Below, piece by piece: positions 43,879 to 54,198 of a stretch of 64,000 bases of DNA. The stretch's first letter is position 1; each line of letters starts with the position of its first letter. Below the pieces are notes generated by a model, which was given only the letters and a program-made list of their open reading frames with translations, was not told the DNA's origin and made no database searches. The stretch lies in assembly GCA_963728545.1 (NCBI GenBank), contig CAVSKO010000002.1:4045146-4109145 (forward strand). The letters are read 5' to 3'. The stretch comes from Blastocatellia bacterium (GTDB taxonomy: Bacteria; Acidobacteriota; Blastocatellia; UBA7656). A program made the translations under genes and the position numbers.

Positions 43879-44187
43879 TCAACCTAAGGCCTTCTGTAGA
43901 TACTCGAATCCGCGCGTAACAAGCCAATCGACGCCCCACAGGTAGAAGCCGAAAAAGACAACGGCGATGAGGACTACAACTGTCGTGCTCCACACTTCAT
44001 TGCGCGTAGGCCAGGTGGTCTTGCGCATTTCGAGCTTAATATCATGATAGAAACGGCCTAAGCGGCCGCCGAAGCGCGGCATACTGATAGACCGGCCTTC
44101 GCCGCCACTACCTTCACCGTCATCTCCGCCGCGCTCTTCCCGTGAAGGTCGAGGTTCGTCTTCCGGGAAATCTGTTACTCTGCTCAT
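43879..44187 (-). CDS. secE: Preprotein translocase SecE with Gly/acidic N-terminal extension
   Basis: [13 protein letters not shown] plus one TM helix; lies between tRNA-Trp and nusG. Confidence 0.95.
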   Translation of the reverse strand: MSRVTDFPEDEPRPSREERGGDDGEGSGGEGRSISMPRFGGRLGRFYHDIKLEMRKTTWPTRNEVWSTTVVVLIAVVFFGFYLWGVDWLVTRGFEYLQKALG

Positions 44188-44208
44188 TGCTTCACCTGAC
44201 TTTCTAAG

Positions 44209-44281
44209 CAGGGGTACCAGGATTCGAACCCGGCCTTACGGTTTTGGAGACCGCCGTGCTAGCCGCTAACACTATACCCCT
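44209..44281 (-). tRNA. tRNA-Trp (CCA); 3-prime CCA not encoded
   Basis: AGGGGTA...CTCCAAA...GGTTCGAATCC...TACCCCTG cloverleaf. Confidence 0.95.
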
Positions 44282-44336
44282 ACACCAATTTTAGATTTCA
44301 GATTAAGAGACAGTGCGAGCCGTTTTTAATCCAAAA

Positions 44337-44489
44337 TCACTTCGTCTCTCTGTGCGGCTTGTGGTTCCTACACGTATTGCAGAATTTCTTAAATTCAAGC
44401 CGATCCGGTTTCTTCTTTTTATTCTTAGTCGTAACATAGTTACGATTCTTGCATTCGGTGCATTGAAGCACAATGTTATCTCTCGGCAT
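44337..44489 (-). CDS. rpmG: 50S ribosomal protein L33, Zn-binding form (not in the ORF track)
   Basis: Translated by hand: [50 protein letters not shown]. Confidence 0.96.
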   Translation of the reverse strand: MPRDNIVLQCTECKNRNYVTTKNKKKKPDRLEFKKFCNTCRNHKPHRETK

Positions 44490-44603
44490 AATCCCTCTAC
44501 TAAGAACCTTAAATTATATCAGCAACCTCGATGCCGCACCATCACAAACGCGCTGATCGGCAGAAGTGTTCTATATAACGCCTTTGCGGTAAGCCCGCGA
44601 TAC

Positions 44604-45791
<1,188 letters not shown>

Positions 45792-45871
45792 ATCTCTCCT
45801 ATATTCAGCCTGTGATTAATCCAGCAAGATTTCGGTAATCCGTGCAGCTTAACTGGCCGGTAATCCTGCAA

Positions 45872-45946
<75 letters not shown>

Positions 45947-45977
45947 ACTCATCCCTCGCGCCGAAGTGAAGTAACAA

Positions 45978-46052
<75 letters not shown>

Positions 46053-46059
46053 CCGCGAA

Positions 46060-46177
46060 AGGATAAAGGATGAGGGATAAGGGATGAAAAGAGCGTTTCT
46101 CTTAAACTCCTTTTCATCCGCCGCGTGCGAAGCACATCATCGGCCAAATTCATCCCTCCGCCTTCATCCTTCGATCC
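46060..46177. repeat. Inverted 7-nt tandem repeats (GGATGAA / TTCATCC)
   Basis: AGGATAAAGGATGAGGGATAAGGGATGAA ... TTCATCCCTCCGCCTTCATCCTT between tRNA-Tyr and tRNA-Gly; same family at 51278-51456. Confidence 0.8.
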
Positions 46178-46265
46178 TGGTGCTGGGGGTAGGATTCGAA
46201 CCTACGTAGAGCCTAAGCCCGCCGGGTTTACAGCCCGGTGCCATTAACCACTCGACCACCCCAGC
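46178..46265 (-). tRNA. tRNA-Tyr (GUA)
   Basis: GCTGGGG...CTGTAAA...long variable arm...GGTTCGAATCC...CCCCAGCACCA. Confidence 0.97.
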
Positions 46266-46362
46266 ACTTTCAACCCAGTGACGAGTGATATTTGATTATC
46301 ACTCTCGGAAAACCTGTGAGGGGATAGCCCTCTGTCCCGCTGAGCACAAATCGAAAACGATC

Positions 46363-46391
46363 ATTTTAGCCAACTCACCCCCGCTACGCAA
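46363..46391 (-). promoter_or_regulatory. Putative sigma-70 promoter for the tRNA-Tyr/Gly/Thr-tuf operon
   Basis: Minus strand TTGCGT-N17-TAAAAT. Confidence 0.6.
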
Positions 46392-46408
46392 GCTTTTTGA
46401 AACGTCTC

Positions 46409-49084
46409 TCATTCGTTAAGGGCTCTGCCCGTAAGGCTCGCGATCACGATCGCAAGCTCGGCAGGCTCAACCGGCTTGGGCACGTGCATCTGGTAGCCTG
46501 ATGAAAGAGCGCGCATACGATCTTCGACCCTCGCGTGCGCCGTTAAAGCCACGGCTGGCAGTCGCCCCCCTTGCTCGGCTTCCTTCGCTCGCAACTTGCG
46601 TATCAGCGTATATCCGTCCTCGCCGGGCATCTCTATATCCGACACAATCACGTCCGGTTCCCACTCCTCTACCTCGGCAAGAGCTTCGGAAACCGAAGCG
46701 CATGTCCTCACGCTGGCTTTGCACTGTTCGAGCACGGCTATAAGCAGACGGCGCGCATCCTCTTCGTCGTCAACGACCAGCACCCGCACCCCCTCAAGCC
46801 CGGGAGGACAACTGAACGACACATCCGCCATCCCGCTGTATTCCACCCGCTCCGGCTGGGCGGTTTCCGGCTCATGGTGAATCACCCTCAAAGGCAGCTT
46901 CACCGTAAAGGTCGCGCCAAAATTCTCTCCCGCGCTATCTGCGCGAACCGTGCCGCCATGCATTTCCACGATATGGCGCACTATGGAAAGCCCTAGCCCA
47001 AGCCCTCCGTGCGAGCGCGTGAGCGTGGAGTCGGCCTGGCGAAAACGGTCAAAGACGAAAGGCAAGAATTCCGGCCCGATTCCCTTCCCCGTATCGCTCA
47101 CAATTATTTCTATGTGAGAGTTCACACGCTCAAGACGGACCTGCACGCTTCCATCCTTCGGCGTGAATTTTAAGGCGTTTGAAAGAAGATTCCACAAGAC
47201 TTGCTGCAAGCGATCAGGGTCGCCCGAGATTATGCCCGCCCACGGGTCGAGCACTGTTTGCAGCCGGACGTTTTTGGCTTCGGCAGCCGGGCGCACGGCA
47301 TCTATTGCCGCGTTGATGACCGCGACAGGCTCGACCGGGCGTATGTCGAGCCGGAGCTTTCCGGTGATGATGCGCGAAACGTCGAGCAGGTCTTCTATGA
47401 GCTGCGCCTGCGACTTGGCGTTACGCTCTATGGTTTCAAGCGCCTGTGACGCGGTCTCCGCATCGAACCTGTTGGTTCTCAACATTCGCGACCAGCCGAG
47501 AATGGCATTCAAAGGCGTCCGCAACTCGTGCGAGACGGTGGCCAGGAAATCATCCTTTAGCCGGCTTGCTTCCTGCGATTCCTTATAGAGCCGCGCATTG
47601 TCGATGGCCTGCGCCGCGCGGCGAGCCAGGTCTTCGGCCAGGGCCAGATCGTCCTCATCATAACGATGGCCCGATTCTGCCGACACAAACGTGATAGCGC
47701 CGAGCGTTCGCCCCCGCGCCACCAGCGGCACCAACATGAAAGAGCGCGGCTTCAGCTCTCGCGCGATTCTGAGATGCTCTTCATCGCGCGCCATCGCTAC
47801 CAGAAGCGAATCGGTCAGTTCGGATACCAGCACGGAGTGTCCCGATTGCAGCACTTCCTTAAGCGGACCGGGCCGGGATGCATCAACCGGGTAGCGGCGG
47901 CTTAGCTCCCGCATAAGCTCGACCTTCTTCGGATCGATATGAGCAAGGGCCAGGCGCTCTATCTGTCCCTGCTCATCTATGATATCAACGACGCAATAAT
48001 CGGCGATGCGAGGCACAGATAGCTGGGCCATGACCTTCAATGTCGTCTCGTAGCTGAGCGAGCTTGCAAGCGCCGCGCTCGCTTCGGCCAGAAAGCGCAG
48101 CGATTCTTCGGATCGTTTTTGATCCTCTATATCGGTGCTGGTCCCGAACCATTTGATTATCGCTCCATCCTCATCGCGGAGCGGCACAGCCTTGCCCAGA
48201 TGCCAGCGATAATCGCCGTCCGAAGCCCTGCGAAAACGGTATTCGACTTGATAGTATTCACCCGTCTCTATCGAGTGGGTCCATCGCTCAAGGCAAATTT
48301 GTAAATCATCCGGGTGCAAGACGGCCTGCCAGCCCCAGCCCTTAGTCTCTTCAAAGGTCAACCCGGTGTACTCGCACCACCGCCGGTTGAAGTAATCCGT
48401 ATAACCGTCCGGCTCTGCCGTCCATACGATTTGCGGGACCTGTTCGGCCAGAAAGCGATAACGCTGTTCGCTGGCTTTAGCCTGGGCGCGCTCGCGTTGC
48501 GCTATTTCAAACAGCCGCGCATTATCGATAGCTATTGCGGCCTGCGCTGCAAGCCCTACGGCAAGGCTTTCGTGGCGTTCGTCAAAGACGCCTGCTTCCG
48601 GGTGGCCGAAGAAAAGCCCGCCCAGCACTTCGCCCGAACGCGAGATGACCGGGACCGCGAGATAGCTGACGACGGGCAGGTGGCCGGGCGGGATGCCGTA
48701 ATAAGGTGAGTTCTTGCCGTAGCGCGGGTCTTGTTTGACATCCCTTATGCGTATCACGCCTTCGCCGCGAAAAGTCGGGCCGAACATGTCGGTAGCCCTC
48801 GGCATGGGGAAGTGCGCGAAGTGTTCTATCGGAACTCCCGAAAGCGTGTAGAGCATGTAAGACTCGCCGCGCGTGTCTATTACATTATAAAAGAACGAGC
48901 CGAAGCACGCGCCGGTCAATTCAGTCGCGGCGTCGGTCAAGACCTGCACGAGCTTTTTCAAGTCCAATTCAGCCGACAGCGTTTGCCCGACGCGATTTAT
49001 AGTCTCAATAATCTCGTTCTGCTCGCGCAGGCTATCTTGCGACCGGCGACCCGACTCCTGTCCACTCATATTCGTAACCTTCAT
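46409..49084 (-). CDS. Cytoplasmic hybrid sensor histidine kinase (GAF-PAS-GAF-HisKA-HATPase-REC)
   Basis: [31 protein letters not shown], receiver VLVVDD...SDIEMP...KP. Confidence 0.96.
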   Translation of the reverse strand: MKVTNMSGQESGRRSQDSLREQNEIIETINRVGQTLSAELDLKKLVQVLTDAATELTGACFGSFFYNVIDTRGESYMLYTLSGVPIEHFAHFPMPRATDMFGPTFRGEGVIRIRDVKQDPRYGKNSPYYGIPPGHLPVVSYLAVPVISRSGEVLGGLFFGHPEAGVFDERHESLAVGLAAQAAIAIDNARLFEIAQRERAQAKASEQRYRFLAEQVPQIVWTAEPDGYTDYFNRRWCEYTGLTFEETKGWGWQAVLHPDDLQICLERWTHSIETGEYYQVEYRFRRASDGDYRWHLGKAVPLRDEDGAIIKWFGTSTDIEDQKRSEESLRFLAEASAALASSLSYETTLKVMAQLSVPRIADYCVVDIIDEQGQIERLALAHIDPKKVELMRELSRRYPVDASRPGPLKEVLQSGHSVLVSELTDSLLVAMARDEEHLRIARELKPRSFMLVPLVARGRTLGAITFVSAESGHRYDEDDLALAEDLARRAAQAIDNARLYKESQEASRLKDDFLATVSHELRTPLNAILGWSRMLRTNRFDAETASQALETIERNAKSQAQLIEDLLDVSRIITGKLRLDIRPVEPVAVINAAIDAVRPAAEAKNVRLQTVLDPWAGIISGDPDRLQQVLWNLLSNALKFTPKDGSVQVRLERVNSHIEIIVSDTGKGIGPEFLPFVFDRFRQADSTLTRSHGGLGLGLSIVRHIVEMHGGTVRADSAGENFGATFTVKLPLRVIHHEPETAQPERVEYSGMADVSFSCPPGLEGVRVLVVDDEEDARRLLIAVLEQCKASVRTCASVSEALAEVEEWEPDVIVSDIEMPGEDGYTLIRKLRAKEAEQGGRLPAVALTAHARVEDRMRALSSGYQMHVPKPVEPAELAIVIASLTGRALNE

Positions 49085-49309
49085 TCATTATTCTCTCAAC
49101 GGGGCTCTAGAAAGCATTAACTGTACTGTTATTACTTGCGTATAGGCCAAAGGCGCACCAATCCTTTACATAAACGGCATACAAAGTATGATTAGGGCAA
49201 CGCTTATGCCAATAAACATATTTCGCTGATTATGAATCGAGGTTGAATGTTTTTATAGGCGCGGACTTGCGAACAGATCAAGTGATGGAATTTCACCTTT
49301 GAGATGAGG

Positions 49310-49383
49310 AGCCGGTGGAGGGATTCGAACCCACGACATCCTGATTACAAATCAGGCGCTCTGGCCAACTGAGCTACACCGGC
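49310..49383 (-). tRNA. tRNA-Thr (UGU); followed by CCT rather than CCA
   Basis: GCCGGTG...TTTGTAA...GGTTCGAATCC...CACCGGCT. Confidence 0.95.
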
Positions 49384-49420
49384 TTACGGCTGAGAACTTC
49401 ACTCGCTCCACAGAGCATCG

Positions 49421-49449
49421 ATATTAAGCAACCGATTAATCATTTGCAA
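49421..49449 (-). promoter_or_regulatory. Putative sigma-70 promoter of tRNA-Thr(UGU)
   Basis: Minus strand TTGCAA-N17-TAATAT. Confidence 0.6.
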
Positions 49450-49519
49450 GCTAGAAGAAAGTCGATGCGGCCGGTCGCGCATTGTCGCTTTTCATATGGC
49501 TTTGTTATCATTGACCTAC

Positions 49520-50449
49520 ATGCGAGAGATCGCCTTCGCCATCCTGCGGCGCTTGTTTATACTCGTGCCGGTCCTCTGGGCCGTCGTCACTTTAGTATTC
49601 CTGCTCATACACCTGGTCCCGGGCGACCCGGCGGAATTGCTCTTAGGCCCTAATGCAACGCCCGAGCAAATCCAGACCGTACGCGAGCAACTGGGGTTAA
49701 ACAAGCCGCTTATCACACAATACAAAGACTACTGGGTCGGACTCGTGAGCGGCGACTGGGGCGAAAACCCCGTGACAAAAAAACCCGTGCTTGAGCGCAT
49801 AATGTTGCGTTACCCGGCAACGATCACGCTGGCAGTGGCGGCGATGTTTATCGCGACCCTTATCTCGATTCCGCTCGGAGTGACGGCGGCGACTCATCGC
49901 GGCAGCGTCATCGATAGCGCGTCAACGCTTGTTGCGCTGCTCGGGATTTCGCTCCCGAGCTTTGCGCTAGGCCCTTTGCTGATACTGCTGTTCTCAGTCG
50001 AGCTGGGCGTCACGCCCGTATCAGGCCGGGGCAGTATTGCGCACATCATCCTTCCCGCGGTGACCCTGGGCGCGGCGCTTTCGGCCATACTCACGCGAAT
50101 AGTTCGGTCGAGCGTGCTCGAAGAACTCGGAGAAGATTACGTGCGCACTGCGCGGGCGAAGGGGTTGCCCGAGCGAAAAGTTATATACAAGCACGTTTTA
50201 AAGAACGGCCTGATACCCGTCGTCACGGTGCTCGGGCTTCAATTCGGCGTTTTGCTCGCCGGGGCGATCATCACCGAGCGAGTATTCTCGTGGCCGGGGG
50301 TGGGCAGCCTGCTCGTCGACAGCATCAGCGAGCGCGATTATAAACTGACTCAAGGATGCATACTGGTCATCGCGACTACGTATGTGCTGGTCAATACACT
50401 AACCGATCTTCTTTATCGATTTCTCGACCCTCGAATAAAAGTGGATTAG
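49520..50449 (+). CDS. Dipeptide/oligopeptide/nickel ABC permease (DppB/OppB type)
   Basis: VPGDPA, EDYVRTARAKGL EAA loop, ITERVFSWPGVG; start 49520 or 49496. Confidence 0.93.
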   Translation: MREIAFAILRRLFILVPVLWAVVTLVFLLIHLVPGDPAELLLGPNATPEQIQTVREQLGLNKPLITQYKDYWVGLVSGDWGENPVTKKPVLERIMLRYPATITLAVAAMFIATLISIPLGVTAATHRGSVIDSASTLVALLGISLPSFALGPLLILLFSVELGVTPVSGRGSIAHIILPAVTLGAALSAILTRIVRSSVLEELGEDYVRTARAKGLPERKVIYKHVLKNGLIPVVTVLGLQFGVLLAGAIITERVFSWPGVGSLLVDSISERDYKLTQGCILVIATTYVLVNTLTDLLYRFLDPRIKVD

Positions 50450-50462
50450 CGGCATTGGACTT

Positions 50463-51275
50463 ATGAACCGGGTGGCGAAATTCGGAATGATCGTGGCGGC
50501 GATGCTGATACTCATGGCCGCGTTGTCGCCGCTGCTCGCTTCGTGGGAAAAGGTGCAGAGCCAGGAGCTGGTGGCGCGGCTCGACCCGCCCGACCGAACA
50601 CATCTGATGGGGCGCGATCAGCTCGGACGAGATATGATGGCCCGCATAATTTATGGCGCGCGAATCTCTATGCTCGTAGGCATTTCGGTCGTCACTATAT
50701 CGGCCTTCTTCGGAGTCCTGATCGGATCGTTCGCAGGGTACAAAGGCGGGTGGACCGACCGGATAATCTCCGGGTTTCTCTTCAACGTCTTTTTATCATT
50801 CCCGGGCATTCTGCTGGCGATAGCAATGGTCGCCTTTCTGGGGCCGAGCATTCAGAACTTAATCATCGCGCTATCGGTGATCGGGTGGGTAGGCTATGCG
50901 CGGCTGATGCGCGCGCAAGTGCTCAAGGTCCGCGAATACGATTTTGTAACCGCCGCGCGCGCGCTGGGAGCGAGCGACTATCGCATCCTTCTCAAGCACG
51001 TATTGCCGAACTCGATTCAACCTCTCATAGTTCAGGCTTCGCTCGGCATGGCGGGCGCGATACTGGCCGAAGCGGGTTTGAGTTTTTTAGGACTCGGAGT
51101 GCCGGAGCCGATACCTTCCTGGGGCAAGATGATCGATGATTCGCGCGAGTTCTGGTTCACGGCCCCGCACCTGTTTATCTTTCCCGGATTAATGATCGCG
51201 CTCTCGGTCCTGGCATTCAACTTTATCGGAGACGGCCTGCGCGAGCGACTCGACCCCAAACAGCGACCACGATGA
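50463..51275 (+). CDS. Peptide ABC permease (DppC/OppC type)
   Basis: HLMGRDQLGRD, FVTAARALGAS, LSFLGLG, FNFIGDGLRERLDP. Confidence 0.94.
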   Translation: MNRVAKFGMIVAAMLILMAALSPLLASWEKVQSQELVARLDPPDRTHLMGRDQLGRDMMARIIYGARISMLVGISVVTISAFFGVLIGSFAGYKGGWTDRIISGFLFNVFLSFPGILLAIAMVAFLGPSIQNLIIALSVIGWVGYARLMRAQVLKVREYDFVTAARALGASDYRILLKHVLPNSIQPLIVQASLGMAGAILAEAGLSFLGLGVPEPIPSWGKMIDDSREFWFTAPHLFIFPGLMIALSVLAFNFIGDGLRERLDPKQRPR

Positions 51276-51277
51276 GT

Positions 51278-51456
51278 AAGGATGAAGGATGAGGGATGAA
51301 AAGGACTTAACCTCAGCATCTGAAATTTGCATGGCGCGACCCGTCGGAACGGGTTCCCCGGCGCTTACGCATAAGCCAGCGACTACGCTGGCGCCGCGAT
51401 TTGAAATATCAAATCTTTTTCATCCCTCACATCCTTTATTTTCATCCTTCATCCTT
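51278..51456. repeat. Inverted 7-nt tandem repeats (GGATGAA / TTCATCC) enclosing a TCTGAAATTT / ATTTGAAATATCAAAT segment
   Basis: AAGGATGAAGGATGAGGGATGAA ... TTCATCCCTCACATCC...TTCATCCTTCATCC between convergent genes. Confidence 0.8.
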
Positions 51457-52567
51457 TCGAAAACGCTTCCTTGTTAACAACGTAAGGCATTCGCGAGGGG
51501 TCGCCCCCGTAGTTGTTCTCTATTACATCGATCACGGCTTGAACTGTTCGACCGGCCATCCCTTTGTCGGGGTCGGCTGAAAGACGCGTCTCGCGTGTGC
51601 CAGAAGCGAAGTGGTGAAATAGCCGCAGCCGGTCCTTGAGCTTCGCATCGCGCAGGATGCTGCCTGAAGGCAGCGGCTCTTTTTCAAAAACGTCGAGCGC
51701 CGCGCCCGCAATCTTGTTTTCGATCAAAGCTTCATATAGCGCCTGCTCGTCTAAGACAGGCCCGCGCGACGTGTTTATCAAATAAGCCGAGGGCTTCATA
51801 AGCTTGAACGCCGAGCGATTCATTAAATGAAAGGTGGGCTTATCGGATCGATCCGGCATCACCAGCGGCACGTGCAGGCTCACGTAATCTGCGCGAGAGA
51901 GAGCTTCGTCAAAAGAGGTATAACCGACCGAGCGGCGCGCGGGCGAAAACCCTGCTTCGTATCTGAGTTGCATTTCACGGTCGATGTGCCCGACAAAAGT
52001 TTCGTCCCGCGACGAGGCGCTGTGCAGAAGCAGATCGACATCCAGGCCCACACATTTTTTGGCGAACGCCTTGCCGATTCGTCCGACCCCGATGACGGCG
52101 ACGGTTTTGCCCGTCACTTCATCGCCCAGAAACGGATGATAAGGGTGCCACGATCCCCACCGATTTTCCTCGACAAGACGTTCCGACCGGTAGAGCTTGC
52201 GCGAGAGCGCTCCAAGAATGAAAAGCGCGAATTCTGCCGTGGCCTCCGTCAGCACATCGGGCGTGTTCGTAAACGGAATGCGATAGCGGTTGGCGGCGGC
52301 CCGGTCTATGTTGTCTACGCCTACGGCCATTTGCGCGACAACGCGCAGCGACGGTGCGCCGGCAGAAAAGACTTCCTCGTCTATCGAGTCGCGCAACGTT
52401 GTGATGAGCACGTCGATACCGCTTTTGACCTTTTCGACGATGAGCGATTTCGGCGGCTGATCGACATCCGCGTAGACTTCTACCTCGTAGCCCCGCTCGC
52501 GCAATTGATCCAGCGCAGGGCTGCCAATGTCTGCCGTCGCAAAGATTCTGACTCTCTTATCGGTCAT
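51449..52567 (-). CDS. D-2-hydroxyacid dehydrogenase (glyoxylate reductase / D-glycerate dehydrogenase type)
   Basis: AVGVDNID, NTPDVLTEATAE, GVGRIG, INTSRG, ALDVFEKEP; probable start MTDKRV. Confidence 0.92.
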   Translation of the reverse strand: MTDKRVRIFATADIGSPALDQLRERGYEVEVYADVDQPPKSLIVEKVKSGIDVLITTLRDSIDEEVFSAGAPSLRVVAQMAVGVDNIDRAAANRYRIPFTNTPDVLTEATAEFALFILGALSRKLYRSERLVEENRWGSWHPYHPFLGDEVTGKTVAVIGVGRIGKAFAKKCVGLDVDLLLHSASSRDETFVGHIDREMQLRYEAGFSPARRSVGYTSFDEALSRADYVSLHVPLVMPDRSDKPTFHLMNRSAFKLMKPSAYLINTSRGPVLDEQALYEALIENKIAGAALDVFEKEPLPSGSILRDAKLKDRLRLFHHFASGTRETRLSADPDKGMAGRTVQAVIDVIENNYGGDPSRMPYVVNKEAFSKG

Positions 52568-52673
52568 AACAGCAGGCGGGCGGCGGTGAATGGCTTTCGA
52601 GCCGCCGAGTTTTAGTTTATAGTGGCGTTCACCTGTTGTAGCAAGTAAAACCAAAAAAAGACGGAGCATCTCG

Positions 52674-53681
52674 ATGACGACAAAAACAAATCGGCAATGG
52701 CGATTGATTGCGCGCCCCGTAGGCAGGCTCAAAGAGTCGGATTTTCAGTTCACAGAAGAGCCCGTGCCCGCGCTCGGCGAAGGTCAGGTCCTGGTTCGCA
52801 ACCTCTATCTATCTCTCGACCCGACAAACCGTGGATGGGCTAACGAGACGGCGACCTACATGCCTGCTATTCAGCTCGGCGACGTGATGCGAGGAGGCGC
52901 TACCGGCGTTGTAGAGCAGTCTCGCAATCCCAATTTCAGCGAAGGGACTTATGTGCAAGGTCTGCTCGGATGGCAGGACTATGCCGTCACAGACGGAACC
53001 GGTCTGACCGCGCTGCCGAACAACCCGGCCATTCCGTTGACGGCTTACCAGGGCCTGTTCGGTCCCATAGGTTTCACGGCTTATTACGGATTGCTCGACA
53101 TAGGCAAGCCTCAAGCCGGTGAAACGCTCGTAGTGTCGGCGGCGGCGGGCGCAGTCGGTTCGCTCGTCGGGCAGATAGGCAAGATCAAAGGCTGTCGCGT
53201 CGTCGGCATCGCGGGCAGCGATGAAAAATGCAAGTGGATAACCGAAGACCTTGGATTCGACGCAGCGATCAACTACAAAGCCGAGCCGGTGCTTGAAAGC
53301 TTGAAGAGACATTGCCCCGACGGAATCGACATTGATTTTGAAAACGTCGGCGGCGAGATAATGGACGCCGTCCTGGCCCTGATCAACTTCAAAGCGCGAA
53401 TAGCGCTTTGCGGATTGATCTCGCAATACAACGCCACAGAGCCCGTCCCCGGCCCGTACAACTTCGTAAACATCTTGATAAAGCGCGCGCGCGTCGAGGG
53501 CTTCATCGTGCTGGATTATATGAATAACCCACAGGAAGCCATAGCCGACCTGGGCAAGTGGCTGGTCGAAGGCAAAATCAAGTATCGCATAGACGAGGTC
53601 GAAGGGCTTGAGCATGCTCCCGCGGCGCTCAACCGGCTGTTTGACGGGGCGAACATCGGAAAGCTACTGGTCAAGCTGTGA
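52674..53681 (+). CDS. NADP-dependent oxidoreductase (CurA/PTGR1-like MDR family)
   Basis: YLSLDP, VSAAAGAVGS, GIAGSDEK, FENVGG, LCGLISQYN, GANIGK. Confidence 0.94.
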   Translation: MTTKTNRQWRLIARPVGRLKESDFQFTEEPVPALGEGQVLVRNLYLSLDPTNRGWANETATYMPAIQLGDVMRGGATGVVEQSRNPNFSEGTYVQGLLGWQDYAVTDGTGLTALPNNPAIPLTAYQGLFGPIGFTAYYGLLDIGKPQAGETLVVSAAAGAVGSLVGQIGKIKGCRVVGIAGSDEKCKWITEDLGFDAAINYKAEPVLESLKRHCPDGIDIDFENVGGEIMDAVLALINFKARIALCGLISQYNATEPVPGPYNFVNILIKRARVEGFIVLDYMNNPQEAIADLGKWLVEGKIKYRIDEVEGLEHAPAALNRLFDGANIGKLLVKL

Positions 53682-53758
53682 GGCGCTACATATGGGCCGG
53701 AGCGGTCGGCTAATTACTATTAGTTGTGTAATTTCTGCCTGCATAGCTCACTTTTTTC

Positions 53759-53787
53759 TTGACATAAAAAACCGATGTGCTTACTAT
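53759..53787 (+). promoter_or_regulatory. Near-consensus sigma-70 promoter
   Basis: TTGACA-N17-TACTAT. Confidence 0.75.
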
Positions 53788-53793
53788 CCGTTG

Positions 53794-54051
53794 TAACACC
53801 GGAAAGGAGGTGGTCCAAAGCAATGATAAGTTTCAGACCAGGTGAGGTGGCTGCGGCCTGAGCGTGGCTTAGCCGCACATATGCGGCTGACGGTAGACGG
53901 CGAAAGGTCTCCAAGAGAGATTTTGCTCGATGCAGGATCAGCGCGCTCACACTTAGCATTTGTGGATAGGCCACAGGTCAATCCCAACAGTCCACCGCAA
54001 GCCCCGACGCAGGGCGTCGTTAATTCGATTTGCCGCGTCGGGGCTTGTTTG
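53794..54051 (+). ncRNA. Candidate small RNA / sORF transcript with an extended anti-16S sequence and a 12-aa ORF (53823-53861)
   Basis: Own promoter; AAAGGAGGTGGTCC at 53803-53816; ORF MISFRPGEVAAA; internal hairpins; 13-bp terminal stem 53998-54047 followed by TTT. Confidence 0.55.
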
Positions 54052-54198
54052 CTTCCTGAGCAATTCCAACCCCACATAAAACCTTCCTCGATCACCGTAT
54101 CGCGCATCTATTAGCGGCTTTTTGTTTGACACGGCTGAGCGCGCGCGTCCACAATAAGCTTCATAAGCTCCAGATCTTGAATAAGCCGGAGGTCACCT

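Noticed and set aside
43865-43993. Longer ORF-track starts for nusG (also rplA 42674, rplL 41254, dehydrogenase 52732, DUF4242 17303)
   Set aside because: The extensions overlap neighbouring genes or leaders; family homology begins at the internal starts used above.
53823-54000. Possible tmRNA (tag-like ...VAAA stop; TCCACC near 53991)
   Set aside because: No GGGG 5-prime acceptor strand, T-arm or CCA end could be folded, and the ORF has its own SD and ATG. Kept only as an unknown sRNA/sORF.
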